A stretch of DNA of 64,000 nt from Tubiluchus corallicola (lineage: Eukaryota; Animalia; Priapulida): positions 124,001 through 188,000 of the forward strand of contig JAQGDQ010000124.1 of the NCBI GenBank assembly GCA_030141605.1. The letters run 5' to 3'. A model generated the notes under the pieces. The model was not told the origin of the DNA, did not search any database, and was given only the letters and a program-made list of their open reading frames with translations. The position numbers and the translations under genes are program-made. Positions 1-13,400 of this stretch are shown piece after piece (position 1 is the first letter of the stretch; each line of letters begins with the position of its first letter).

Positions 1-278
1 CATGCTTACTTATGCAGTTAAATAGGGTAAAACAATTACTGGTTATATGAAGGTAAAGAATTATCTGAATACATTGCACTGATTTAATTGGGCAGGTAAT
101 ATAAAGTAACGCTTCTGTACGTTTTACTTGACTTGTAGAACCAGTGCCGTAATTTGATAATTTCTTGAATTCTTTCCCACACAATGTCGCAGACAATTCT
201 GGTACCGTAACATACATTGTAAAACATGAAAAAATGCATGAATTTGCTGATTTATGTTAAATGGAAGCATTTCAATAG

Positions 279-320
279 TTTCTAGAGATTTGGTTGCCTG
301 TACCTAAAGCACTGTCATCG
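279..320 (+). CDS. Piezo: Candidate Piezo micro-exon (42 nt, FLEIWLPVPKALSS)
   Basis: caatag acceptor, strong gtaagt donor, phase 0-0, open frame. Confidence 0.45.
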
Positions 321-1621
321 GTAAGTCTTCAGTGTTTAAAGATATTTGTCTCTTGTTGGGTTTTAGTCCCTTGATTGGTTTGACAGTGGATATGCACTAG
401 AATGCTTTGTTAACATCATCTTGGTGTGCTCTCTGGTGTGCTTGTATGTTCCTGGGTTTGTTCCAAGCTGGTGGGGGTTTTAATTAATTTCTGTAACTGT
501 TAATGCAGTTGTAGATTTTTTGTCAAGATATTCAAAGTTAGACATATCTGTTTATCCTTTTTAACTGCTACTTACAGTTCTTGTTATAACTGTCCTTTGC
601 TTCATAGTTCTCAGTGATAGCTGTTAATTTTTTATTTTCTGATGAAACAAGGTTTTATCGATTAACTGCAAAAGAACGCTTTGGAATACAGTTTGATTTT
701 CGTTTCCGCCTTTTGTATGAGTAGAATTATGCATTAATTAATAGATTCTAGACTGACAGCATTTTTATGAAGTATTAAATCTGTCCTATAAATTTGATAT
801 GGCATTAACAGAATCATTTTCCGGTGAGAAATTTGTGAAATTAAGAATTGCTTGTGTTATGTTTTTTATTAAATTATATTCTTGTTTTCCCAGGATTGTG
901 CAAAGTGTTACTAATTTTGTATACTTTTATGTCATTCTTATCGATGGTCTTCATGTTTCACTAAAATTTTTGGAAAACTACGTTAACTTACTAATTAGTT
1001 ATATTTCTGGGTGTATTGTTCTTGTTACTGGCATTATGATTACGACGATTCCCCAAGGGAATCAACTTGCAAAATTTTGGCATGTGTGTGTGATGTCTAT
1101 TAAAGAGATTTGTGTCATGAATGTTGTTTGCAGTTGTTTGATCTGGTAGTAAAATCTGCAGAATTTGTCTTATACTGCAGTATATGTTTGTAAACACAGG
1201 ATCGGTAGCGTACATTATGGTGAAAGAGCAAGCGTCTTTGTCTGTTTGTAAACAACTACTTGTATTTGTAAATAATATATGTTGTCAGTTTGTCAATGTT
1301 GATTAACAGGCTAGCTCTGAATATTTAATTTATGAGTTTAATAAACTTCATTGTGGGGTTATATGGGTCATTCAGGTCAAATGATATGTATGAGAGTAAT
1401 GAGTAGAGTAATGCACAACAAAGTAAAAGGTAATAAGAATTTGAAATCACGATGGAAGATGTAAATTTTAGTGAAATGTTTTTGTCCTTGTGGCCTGTTT
1501 TCAAATCTTAGCTGACATTTTGCTAGTACTTTTATTAAATATAAGCTTGCATTTTTTTGTTTTTTCTGCTTTTGCATTTTTCTCGTACCTGTTTTAATAT
1601 TTGTTAGTTTTTAGTTTACAG

Positions 1622-1657
1622 ATGATGGGGCTCTTGAGAGTGAAAGCTACTGTTCGT
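1622..1657 (+). CDS. Piezo: Candidate Piezo micro-exon (36 nt, MMGLLRVKATVR)
   Basis: About 70-nt T-rich tract, tttacag acceptor, weak gtaata donor, phase 0-0. Confidence 0.3.
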
Positions 1658-3374
1658 GTAATACCTATTTAAACTTGCTGCATATGTTTATTTTTCTGTG
1701 CAAAAATGATTTTTTTTGATATTTTTAAGTGTTTTTTCTTGAAATTTTCTCACACCAGCAGAACCTTCACTTTCTGAATCATTCATGCAGTGTTTCAGCT
1801 GTAGTATTTACAGTACTGTGATGTTAAACACATTCGTGATTGGCATCGGAATTCTTAACAGAATTTAATATCCCAGTTTCATCAATAATTTCAACTGCAA
1901 ATGTCACGAACTGTTTTTATTTTTACTGCGAACATTTTTAACTCTCACACGATCTTACATTATTGATTTTGAATGTGTGACACTATTCCCGGGTTGTATA
2001 CATGCTGAACTGAGAGTAATTTTATCACAACAAGAAAATGGGAATACGTACATTATCACCTGAATAAAGGCAGAGTTTGGATATTGTTGTATCCAAATGT
2101 TTGCTTAACACACAATACATAGTGCAACCTTTTCATATATTCAATTCAATGTCTATTTTTTACTATAATTGTTGAAACTCCTTAGCTAAATGTGTCAGTG
2201 TAACACCCTAGTTTAAAAAATAAAACAGATTAGAAAAAGTACCTATGTTACAATTTCCCAGCATTATAATTATAAAAGATTGTCCAAATTTGTCTTTAAT
2301 TTTATTGCTCCTAGGCCAATTAGACAGCAAAGAGAAACTAATTTTATACAGCATTCTTGTTTTTAGCATCTTTCTAACCAATGTTTATATTTACTAATGA
2401 CTGTAGGAAAGTCTTATTACCTGTCATCTGAGCAATAATAACTTACTAGGGCATCTCATTTCAAATGTAATTGTCAGTAAAATGCATTTATATAAGTTCT
2501 CATTAATTATCCTCATATTAAACTCTCATTTTGACTAATGCAGACTTGCTACTCTCTGGCATTGAGCATATGTCACACGCATTTTAAGTGTTTCACACAT
2601 GCGCACACATAAAATTTCATTTCTCGTAAAAATTCACATGCAAGTTTGCGAGATCTCCTGCCTTCCTTTGCCATAAGTACCAACCACAACACAATTATTG
2701 GTACTACTATTAGTAATACGGTAGCTTTTATGAGTCTCATTTTCGGTGCTACTGAGGTTTTCTCTCGAGCACACAAAAGAACATATGCATAAAGCATAGA
2801 GAACCTTTATAACACATAATACAGCACTCAGTAATATTCAAAAATTGCCATACTTCTTTTATCATTATTTTTTGACATTTTGATTTTGATGCTCAAATAT
2901 GCTAAAATTTCTGGGGTATTGACTTGCCCTTTGAACCCTCCTAGGGGCGATATGATCCCCGGGCTTCTGCTTTTTGTACTCATTTTTGCTTGGAATGGTT
3001 TGCAAGTCTGCTAAGGTCAAACACAAAAGTTTTCATTGTGTCTTGATGGACAAACCGCCATTTTGCAAGCCTGTTGGTTATTGTATAGTAGCTAACAACA
3101 CGGACTTGCATAACTCTTGTCTGTCTTGTTTACAATATCTGCCAGCATTTGTGCATCTAGTAATCAAGATGTAACTGTCGTCAAAAATTAATGATCAAAA
3201 ATTACCAGCGACATGTGCAGTAAGCTCACTTTGATATCAGTATTTTCCATACTGTTACAGTGTTTACTTACCATGTTACTTTAAATTTATATAGCTATAC
3301 ACTTTAGCAACAAATACGAGTTCGTTTTGCTGTTTTTGATTGTAAATGTTGATGACATTTTAATTTTTGTTTAG

Positions 3375-3407
3375 ATTCCCGAAGACGTACCAGACAGTTC
3401 TACTGAG
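3375..3407 (+). CDS. Piezo: Candidate Piezo micro-exon (33 nt, IPEDVPDSSTE)
   Basis: tttttgtttag acceptor, gag|gtagtg donor, phase 0-0, acidic loop-like peptide, TGCATG cluster downstream. Confidence 0.6.
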
Positions 3408-3489
3408 GTAGTGTACAGTATTCGTCCTAAACCTCTAATTAAGCGGAGATATGCTGGCAGGGCTCGGGTAACTACAACTGGTGTCTACA

Positions 3490-3751
3490 TGCATGTTTGA
3501 ATGCATGTCACCGCATGAACCTTGTAGTGCTTGTAGTTCGTGCTCAGTTGCATTGTGCTGCATGTATTTCATGCTCAGCACTGTCATAGTGCATTGTGTG
3601 CACTGCATGTATTGCATGTTATAGTATAGAAAGTTTGTGCAAATTGCAATGTAGCACAACGATGCATCAGTTTGCATGAGTAATAGCAATTGCTTTTTTG
3701 CACACTTGTTGTGCTGTGTGGTTTTCAGCTGTACAGTACAAAGGGTGCATG
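3490..3751 (+). promoter_or_regulatory. Cluster of TGCATG (Rbfox-type) intronic splicing elements
   Basis: TGCATG at 3490, 3502, 3559, 3604, 3613, 3673 and 3746, plus GCATG at 3513. Confidence 0.6.
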
Positions 3752-5349
3752 CCACATGGGTACTTAATTCTTGTTCCGTATATTTTTATACATTGGCTAA
3801 AAGTTTCTTAGCTTTTTTCTTGTGATTAAAGATAGAGTTAATCGTGCCTGGGTTGTTATTCGTTAGCTGGTAATGAAGGAAAAAGTAAAGGGGGGACTTG
3901 AAATGGTCCAATTATGAGCACAAGCGAACCCAGGGAAAACAGGTTCCATGAGATGCCTTCCCCGAAATTTTTGACATAATCTCCTGACAATTTTTTGCTG
4001 ATTTGCTTCTTCATAGGAAAAGACAAGGAATCCTTTTGAATCAAACAAGGATTATAGACGGAATCTTGGATGTTGCAATTAAAATAATTTTTTATTCATT
4101 AATAAACAGATATTTCGCAGCCCATTACAGACTGCTAAACATCGGCAATATGAGGCACTCGTCGAAATGCAAAATCGTTGAATAACCCTGGCAAAATACA
4201 GAAGTGTCCGTAGCTTTTATTTTGTCAATACTTTCGATGGATGCCAAATCTATTAAAATCCTTTTTGAATCTTCCACCTTGGTTTTTGTTAGTTTTAATT
4301 ATTTTTCTCTTCTCAGATGTCATGGCTCTTCTCAGATGTCATGGCGCATTGTGGTTAAATATTATTTTGCGTGATAAAACCACATGTCTCTGGATCTTAC
4401 TGTTGTATCCATCACAAATTGTTTGATATTATAGATTGTTGGAGTTGTCCTTCTGAATTTTCATTGTTTTCGCAGCCTTGCACCAAGAAATCTTAGCTAT
4501 ATCATAAACTGTATTATGCATTGTGACAGAGAATTGAAGATACTTAACTGGCAGTTCAGCTTAGAAGTTTTTAGTACAAAGCTCAAAGTGTTCTTCCTTG
4601 AAATTCTGGAATAAACTGCCGAGACTTTTTTCTATTTGAACTGCTTATCTTTTTGCTTTTCTGAATTTTTGCCTTGAGAATGGGAAGGTTTATCCTTAGG
4701 TTTTTCACGCATCATAGTTTCTGTTTCTTTTAAATAATAATAGTTGTAAATGCTATGTGCATTTGTATGACTTTCAGTGCGCTTTTTCAATAATACTGAT
4801 ATTTACGTTTTGTGTTTAAATGCTTCTTTTTTGCATAGAGTGGTTTGAAGTTTGAAGTTTTTAAAAATTTATGGGACACTAGACGCTTTTCCTTACTACT
4901 TTACTTTGCTTGCAGCCAATTTTATCAGGACTTCCTCAGTAGCTTTTCTGTCATTTATGGGATATGGCTTCTTTCCCTGTAGTCCGAATGGGTAGTTCAT
5001 ACCTATGTACTCAAATGTTCATTTTGATGACTAATAAATAAGTTTAGTTTATACAAATATTATGAGATATTGCTCTAATTGTCAGTGCGTGCTTTGTTAG
5101 TAATTCCAATTTCCAAACTCAGTGATTGTTGTGGTGATTCAGCATTGTGATTCTGTTGTTGGCTTGCTACTGTTCTCACCTTATCATTTTCGTATATGAA
5201 AACAGCATGTAAGACGTATAAATCACAGTACGTACAACATTGTAGCATCATTACTTTCATTTCCTGACGTTATGTCATTTATTTTTATGTTCAAAAGCTT
5301 TGACTGTGCCAGTATTAATGATAAATGTTGTTATTATCATGCCTAGTCA

Positions 5350-5759
5350 CAGGGTTCCCACGGTCAGGGAAAATCTGTGAAAATACAGGCTATCCTGGAA
5401 AGTCATTGAAAAGTCGGGGGAAAAAAATCTGGTAAAAAGTCGAGGAAAATAATGAAAAGTCAGGAAAATTGGAAAGGGTTGCAAAAGTAATCACTGTGAT
5501 CGATATTTTTCCAAACATATTTTTCAGCGATTCTTGTTCAAATAAAATTTTTCTATGACAGGCTCCCAGTTTCGATTTCTGTTCCAAAAATAATGATTGG
5601 CCGACACATTATATATTAGTATATGTATGAATGTCCTACACAAAAATGTATGAATATGTATACTGGTAATGTAATTTCTGCTTATCTTGGTCATGGAAAA
5701 TCAATATTTGACCAGGGAAAAGTCAAGAAAATTTATTTTAAGATTCTGTGGGAACCCTG
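5350..5759. mobile_element. MITE / non-autonomous DNA transposon
   Basis: Terminal inverted repeats CAGGGTTCCCAC...GTGGGAACCCTG and internal GTCAGGGAAAA-like repeats; no clean TSD. Confidence 0.75.
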
Positions 5760-6108
5760 CATTCATCATTGTAGTACGGGGTTATTCTTGGTTTTTCCTC
5801 CAGTTCTCATTAGTTAGAGAATCAACTAGCTCATTTATAAGCAAAGTTATTATTACTGTCAACCTGATGCAGCAATAGTACAACTCTCTTTAATAACTTT
5901 TATTCTGCTCAAATTTTTTTGTTAAAGTACAAGTTGTTGTTTTTTATGAACGTTATTGCTTTCCATGCAGCAATTATCAAGTTTGTAAAATTAAGAAATT
6001 TCTAAGTGGCTTTTGCTTGTACACTTGCTGAGCATTTTAAGCTATTTGAAATTTATTTGTTGTCTGTTTTTTTTTTCTTGCATGGTTTACTTACTTTTGC
6101 ATGGATAG

Positions 6109-6129
6109 GATGGCGTGGAATATGAAAAG
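6109..6129 (+). CDS. Piezo: Candidate Piezo micro-exon (21 nt, DGVEYEK)
   Basis: T-tract with two TGCATG, gatag acceptor, aag|gtttgt donor, phase 0-0. Confidence 0.55.
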
Positions 6130-7789
6130 GTTTGTAAATTTGTTTATTTTACATTGACTTTAGTCGTTTTTTATTATCACCCTTTGTCTTGTACAGCATC
6201 ATTATTTTTTTGCTGTATGCTAAGTATTACACCAGCACTTAAAACATAATATATTTATATATATATATTTATATTTCACATTTTGTGAAAACTTTCTCAA
6301 CTGTGGTAATGTATTACAAATAGATGCTGATAATTTATTGAATACGTACATTAAAATGTAAAATTTGTTGTGTTGCTAGTAATAATTCTGCAATACTTTT
6401 GGTAAGATTTATATAGTGTAAAGGTGTAAGTTGCACACCCATCTTTATTGTCAGGCATTTTAAGGAAAATGTGTTTAATGATATTTTATGCTTTGCACAA
6501 CGTTTTCAAGTTATTATTTTTCCTTAAGAAAAATAAAAACATTGAGATTTGAATACAATAAATAATTATGGATTTCAGTTTAAACGAATAAAATATTATG
6601 CAAATTATTACAGTGATGAGACACAGGAAGCAAATGTGTGTGGGTTCTGGCCCCGGGCACATGCTATTCAAAGAAAATGTCTGGAATAACTGTTTGTAAA
6701 TTTTCATTATGGGCTCGGCAAAGCAGGGCTGATAAGTGCAACTAGTGCATTACAAGCATTCCCAACCTTCTTAGTGATCTAATCACAACCCATCAGCCTG
6801 TTTTTCTTATGAATATGCGCTGTTAGCTTAGAGGTTTTCGTTCTGCTATGCAAGGCTAAAAACTAGTGTGTGGTATAAGTCCACATAACTATATTTCCAT
6901 GCAACACATTGCTCTGCTCAGTTAATTTTGAAAACTTCAGCATATAGGTTTTCACAAAAGGGTTTTTTTAACTGATAGGGGCCGTTTTCCTCAAATTAGT
7001 TTGCTGATTTTACCTCGAGGTTTTTAGTCTTTTTTGGAACTTAGTAAGTAACCACATTCCACTAAACAAAAAAGTTTTTTCTCAAGCTACCAGTTTACAA
7101 TGAATGAAACTATTGCAAAACTTGCATGAGAAAACAATAATGCATGCAGGATAGTCATATGTTAAGCAATTGTAGTACAATTTTATTATAAAAAAGCAAA
7201 AAAGTCATGTACTGCAGTTTCTAAGAAAAAGTTCCTCATTTTCTGCATTCATTTCAGAAGTGTCAGATTCAAGTTCACTTCTCTGCAAATTTATCTAATT
7301 TTGTTAATCAAGCTTGTTCTCTAATCAAATCATCTTGTAAAAACAGTCTGCAGATAATAACAGCTGAGTTCTAGTTACCGTTTAACGATGCTACTTTTCA
7401 TGGGATGGGTATTTCTTTGCAAAATAAAACATGCCGTAATGTGATTGCATGCGAACGAAAAGGTTAGCCATGGCTCCCTGGGATTCATATTTATATCTCA
7501 GATATTTTGATGTAATAAGAGTTAGTTTAGTTAAATTTCACGCTGTTTGGTTTACTGCTATTGTAAACTTTGCGGTATTAATGGTAAATGTATGACTCCA
7601 AGAGTTGTGTGCAAAGCAAATACACCTATCCCAAACAAATAAAAATGATCGTTAATCCATTTGCTTATAACATTTTTCTATAGCATCAAAACATATTAAT
7701 AAAAAAATTAGTAAGTGAAGCTTAGATCACCTTGAGTGTAGGCTACGTACCCTGACATGGTTTAATTGTGGATATTAGCACTTCAACCT

Positions 7790-8277
7790 GAAATCTCAAC
7801 GCACAAGAAAATCCTTTAACTTACAATCTAAAAAGTTGTCGTGAAATTTTGTATCACCTACGCACTGCCTGATTGCAGCTGGGCTTGCATTGTTTTATCA
7901 CTCTTGTAAATTTGAACTTCCACAATGACTGTTAGGCATAGCTATTTCAATGGCGAGTCATTTTGAAACAAGTTTATATAATATTGTTCAAAGTTTTAAA
8001 ATATTATCAGAGCATTTGTAGCCACACTCTTCACTAACTAAGCAAAAGCATAAGTTATTGAATCTTGTCAATTAAATTAAAACTATGTTTTGGTGAGTCA
8101 ATTATGCATACTGGGAAGGTGAGTCAGTGACATTTCACCAGCTGGCATCAATGTTTTAAATTACTAAAAATCTAGTTATGTAAGTCTTTCGAGTAGGTAA
8201 GTGCAGTACTAAGTAATATAACCTTACATAAAAATTTTTTGGCTTATACTTTAAAATTACGTTTTCTTATCCTTTAA
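7790..8277. mobile_element. Dispersed repeat (family E), second copy at about 45125-45572
   Basis: Collinear similarity (gcacaagaaaa, tttgaaacaagttta, ggaaggtgagt, ttttaaattactaa); both copies end CCTTTAA. Confidence 0.65.
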
Positions 8278-8541
8278 TTTAAGAACGTTTTCTCTACCCA
8301 CTTGCTTTTAATTTGTTGTCCATCACTTGAACTGTACCTTGGCTCTCTTAGTGAAAGAAAGATTAGCTTGTAAAGTACACACGAGCCTGGAATAATAATA
8401 ATAATAATAGGAATTTTTGGACCAATACAGGTGACTGCTGACTAGTTATGAGAAACTTCCGAAGAAAAACTGTTTCTTCTGTAAACTTAAATGTTGCTGT
8501 TCTTATCCCAGAATTGACCCACCATTGCTTAACTTTAGAAA

Positions 8542-8690
8542 AGGTTTTAAGCTCGGCCAGTATGCAATCATCACTAAATGTAATTTGGTTTTTGTTTTAT
8601 AAAACTGTTCGCCCCAAAGTTTTAAGCTAGGCCAGTATGCAATCGTCACTAAATGAAATTTGGTTTTTTGTTTTATAAAACTACTCGCCC
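8542..8690. repeat. Tandem duplication, about 76 bp x2
   Basis: gttttaagct.ggccagtatgcaatc...ttttataaaact..tcgccc repeated. Confidence 0.85.
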
Positions 8691-10352
8691 TTCTCCAAGA
8701 AAACTTAAAAGGTTCATTTAATAATTTGTATTGTGTCTTCTTCCATTGTTTTTTATCAAATTTTTGTGTTTAACTGAATTTTCTTTTTATTTCTTTTATC
8801 ATATAATCTGGATCTGGAATTCCCACCATATTATGTTTAGAAGGTATGAGATTCTTTGCATTTACTCACTGTTCCTGAGATAGACTGCATGTTTACTTTC
8901 TAAATACTTTTTTTAAAAAGCTGTAAAGAAATAGCATTTTCAAATATTCATCTGCATGGTTTGCTTCCATGTTTCCAAGTTTTACGTTAATAATGCTTTG
9001 TGATAGTTTCTTATTTGTTCTGCATCTTATTTTCTACACTAATGAATGTATTTACAGCCTTTCCGTGTGTTCAGAGCACTTGATTCACTTCAGATTTTTT
9101 AATGTGCGAAAAAATGAAGAAAGTTAGTGTGAATAAAGAAACGCATGTTAAGAACAATCTGTGTAGCTTGGCACAATTGTGCTTTTTGATAGCCTTGTTT
9201 TTAAAGGAATAAAACCGTTTAAACACTTTTTCATTTTCTGAAAGTGAATTGATTTGGTAAAGTCTATTTCAGGAATAAAGAGGTGCGCTTTTTCTCCTTG
9301 AACTGCCTTGTGCTTTTTTGCCCCTCTTTTCTGGCAAGCATGCACTTGCACGTTTTTCACTCTTCTAAATTAAAATTCTAGTTTATACCAAGTACTGCTG
9401 ATAAAAATGCTGTTTCATGTTTTGCAATACCTAGCAGCAATTGTATAACGTGAATTCTTGAGATAAACTGCTAGTTGTTTTAAGTGAGGACCAGTATTAT
9501 CACTGATGCTGATGTTGCTTCCGTGTTGTTATTAGCGGTGATTTAAGATCGGTAGTAGGGCCAGGTATTAACTGTAAACAGTGCTAAGCAGTTATAATAA
9601 TTGTATCACTGTGTATGTGAAGCAGGCAATTACATTGGAGACCCCTGCACTCAAATAAGTGGGCTTGGAAGAATTTTAACATTGCTTAAAACACATCAGT
9701 GAGGTAGACATTTACAAATTTTTTTGCTGGCTGTGTTTTACAGTTAATTTTTTTACCACGAAAAGTTAACTTGTCTTGATTTGCAGTGAACTAAAAGCTG
9801 TATAGTAAAACAAATGACAATGTTTTTTTCATTAATTGTACAATTATTGCAGTTTTTTCTAGTGTATCTACCAGGATCAGTAGCAGTGTTAACTACGTAA
9901 TATTCTACTACATTAAACAACATTAATATTGATTACCACTCAGTAGTAGCACTGTTAAAAGTTCTGCTACACCGCTCATCATTCAGCTCTAACTTTATTA
10001 CTTTACTACTGTTATTCAACTCTGCAGCCTCACCTAAGCTTTGAAACTACAACTTACTATACTGTTGTACTTTTCACCACTCACTTTTGCAATTGTAACA
10101 TTTTACTGTCTTATTTTGTTTGTCAGTACATTGAATTTCATAATATGATTGCCGGTACAATGAGTTGTTAGTGGGAATAATATTAAACTATTACACTAAG
10201 TTTGACTATGCAATTTTAAGCTTATATCTTAAAGAGCATCATTTCTCTGATATTCTGATTTATCTTAAATGTAGACAAGCTAATAATTTTCCTAAGAATA
10301 AATTACTTTAGTCTTCATTTTTGGTTACATTTTGTTTATTTGGTTATTTTAG

Positions 10353-10464
10353 CTAATTGATAGTGAAAGACCAGGGAAACAATATCAGTCTGTTGCACGG
10401 TCAAGCCCGGGGGCAGATGCTGAAACTGAGCCAACGTCACAGGCACCGGATGATGTTCGAAGTG
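10353..10464 (+). CDS. Piezo: Piezo exon
   Basis: [10 protein letters not shown]...DDVRS; phase 0-1. Confidence 0.8.
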
Positions 10465-13400
10465 GTGAGTAAACCATATCGTGCAGGTTACTAGAAAGGA
10501 GCTAGAGGTACATACGCGTGTACGCTGGATCTCGAGATTCATGTAATACCCAGCCGAAATTTTACATTGTCTTGATCGTAGTGTCCTGGAGGGTGACTAG
10601 TAGATATTCGTTTTTCGAAAAAAATGTTTCTGTCCAAGATGTGATCGTGTTTTTCAACGTCTACGTATTATTTGAATGGAAAATCTTTTGAGCAGCGTGA
10701 GTGCATGACGCCAGCAGCATATGTACTGTACTGTAGAATGTAGTGTAGCACTGCATTCTAATTGTATCCATTTGCTTGTTAAAGATAAATGAAACAGAAA
10801 AAAGCTATTTTCAGGAATAGTGTGAGTGAGAGAGAGAGAGAGAGAGAGAGACGTGGCGAACGAAAGAGAGAAGGAAAGACGAGAGTTTGTGAGTGGGAGA
10901 AAGAGAAAAAAATTTGCTGTGTTTCCTGGTAACTGTTATTTAGCTTAAAGAAATTCTTTCACTATCAACTAAGCAGTAATGTTATACCAAACTCAAATTA
11001 GCAACCAGTTATTTATTGCCATTCTGGGTTTGGTTCATTAGTCCTACTGCAGTATAATTAATATCTTCGACTCTGCTACATTATTACTCTGGAAGCTCGC
11101 ATCAACAATTTTGCAATTATTTTTGTTGGTAAAGAATAGCAGTATTGCTTATATTCTTCATGTACCGTAGAAACAAACATGTCGACTTCAATTAACTCTG
11201 TGTTTCTCTTCTAGGTCAAGAAAAAGAAGAGGCTGGAATACGTTCTGCCCTTTCTTCCATACTTCTCTTTTTAACTAGACAAAGTTATATAGCCACTTTG
11301 ATATTAATGATGGTACATACGTTTTTTACATTTTTTTATTGTTACTTTTATAAGAAGAATTGTAGTTGTTGATATTCACAGTTGAGAAATTTGGGAAAAG
11401 GAATGTGAGAAATTTGCAAGGGCAAAGGGTTAAAGACATTTTGACTTTACAGTTTCGTACAAGTTTACTGAAAGGTGAAAAACAAGTGAAAAAAACTATT
11501 TAAATGAAGCTGATTAGGGCGATAATTTCTAAAAGATGTGGTTTATTTTACTTCTAAAAAAATGGGTTTTGGTTTATATATGATGATAGCATAGGACCTT
11601 GTAATCAAACTTGATCAAGAATTTGAGTTTGATCAATAATATTTATGTCAACTGTCTTGTTCAAACTTGACTAACTGCCATTGATGAGTATGTAAACATA
11701 GAGAGCCAAGATCTTGGAAAAAACAAGACGTGTTGGTAAGATCTTTATAGAAGTTGTCACAATTTGCACAATTTAATTGTCTTAGTAAGACAGTAAATTT
11801 CGCAAGTTATTTATCTGACTATTTTAGCAAAATTAAAAGCCGTTTGCTCATTTTTTACTTCACATAGAAGAAAATGGAAATAAAATTGTTTGTATCAATG
11901 GTAAACGAGATGTGAACTTCAATTTTAGCTGCATTTACTCTTTTATTGAACTCTTGTATTGTAATTATGTATTTTGTTTTAGGTATGGAGTATAACTTAC
12001 CACAGTTGGTTGGCGTTTGTCTTGCTTTTGTGGGCTTGTTTTATCTGGTTTACGCCAAACTCCCGCAAGTGGTGCTTAAGAATGTCTCCAGGCATTGTGC
12101 TTTATGCTGAAGCTTTATTAATTATACAGGTCAGTCTATTACACAGATTGAAGCATCATTCAATATTCAGAGACAAAATTCACTGTTTAATGCTTATTCT
12201 TTCATGTTAAGACAAGTCAAAATAGTACTTTTGCAGAAAAAAATGATCATTTTCTGGTTGTGCTTTTTGAACAAAAGTAATGCTGGTTTATTGGAAGATG
12301 AGAAAGTACATTTTCTTATTTTTGAAGAAATAAGGTAAAAACGAAAAACAAACTTTCTTGTCAAAAATAAACAGATATATAAGCAGTAACAAAGTTTATT
12401 AAATTAACTATTTCTATTTCATGGTTTCATTAATTCAAGCTTTCATTTTTAATTAGCTATTTTTATTTCATGGTTTCATTAATTCAAGCTTTCATTTTTT
12501 CTGTATCGTTCATATTAAGTTATTTTATTTGATCTGACTGATAATTCTTTGGTTTCTGTCTAGTTTATTTACGGCTTGAATTTGAACGATGATGAGTTAC
12601 CACTGGAGAAGGGAGAGGTTAGCCTGCGGGAAATTGGCTTTGAGAAATATCAGTATCCCTGCTTGGTGTTGTTTGTAAAGGTTAGCCAATGTTGTTTACA
12701 TTTGTAACCAGTTTACTAGAGCTTGCTGTGACAATGAACAATAATTCAGTGCACAATGGAGGGCTTCGCACTATCAAATTGTTCTGTTTTTATTACGCGT
12801 GTTGTCAATAATGCATAATTTGTTTCTTTGATTTCTTAATTAAATGGTAACTTGTAAATTTCATAATATTCTGCAAATGAAATTGTCATTACGGATTACT
12901 AATTGCTAATGAAATTGTTTTGACGTCTCTTATTAAGAATTTATCTAGTTTTAAAGTTAAATGCAAGCATGTGTGTACCACTCATTTGGTTTGTGATATA
13001 TTTATTTTTCTGTTTGTTGTCAGAAGCCATTTGGAATATTGTAAACTAATTTATTTTGCTGATACTTTCCTGATTAATAATAAACTAAGTAAGAATAAAT
13101 GTAAATAACATACTGTGGACTTTAATCATTACTGAAAAAATAAATCTTAATTTTGTTATTGGTTTTCTCACTAAGTCTGTTTTGTCGTGAGATGCATGTT
13201 TGTATATTCTAGGCTTTTCGACCGTACACCGATCATCTCCAAGAAGTGGGTTAAGGCAATAAAACAAATTCTGTTTAGGTCTTCTCAATGAAATAGGTTA
13301 TTTGTCAGTAAAACAAATAGCAACAGATTTGTGTTAAGGTGTGTGGCATATACCACATCTGTCAAACGACACTGTAAAAAGTAGTGCGAAATAGTTATCA

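Noticed and set aside
799-1149. 116-aa ORF and other short intronic ORFs in the track
   Set aside because: No recognisable motifs or splice support; composition fits random AT-rich DNA, or they are antisense shadows of Piezo exons
4916-4991. Exon-like segment ANFIRTSSVAF...
   Set aside because: Stops in phase 0; the open frame is not phase-compatible with neighbouring exons
9058-9122. Possible micro-exon
   Set aside because: In-frame stop, or length not a multiple of three
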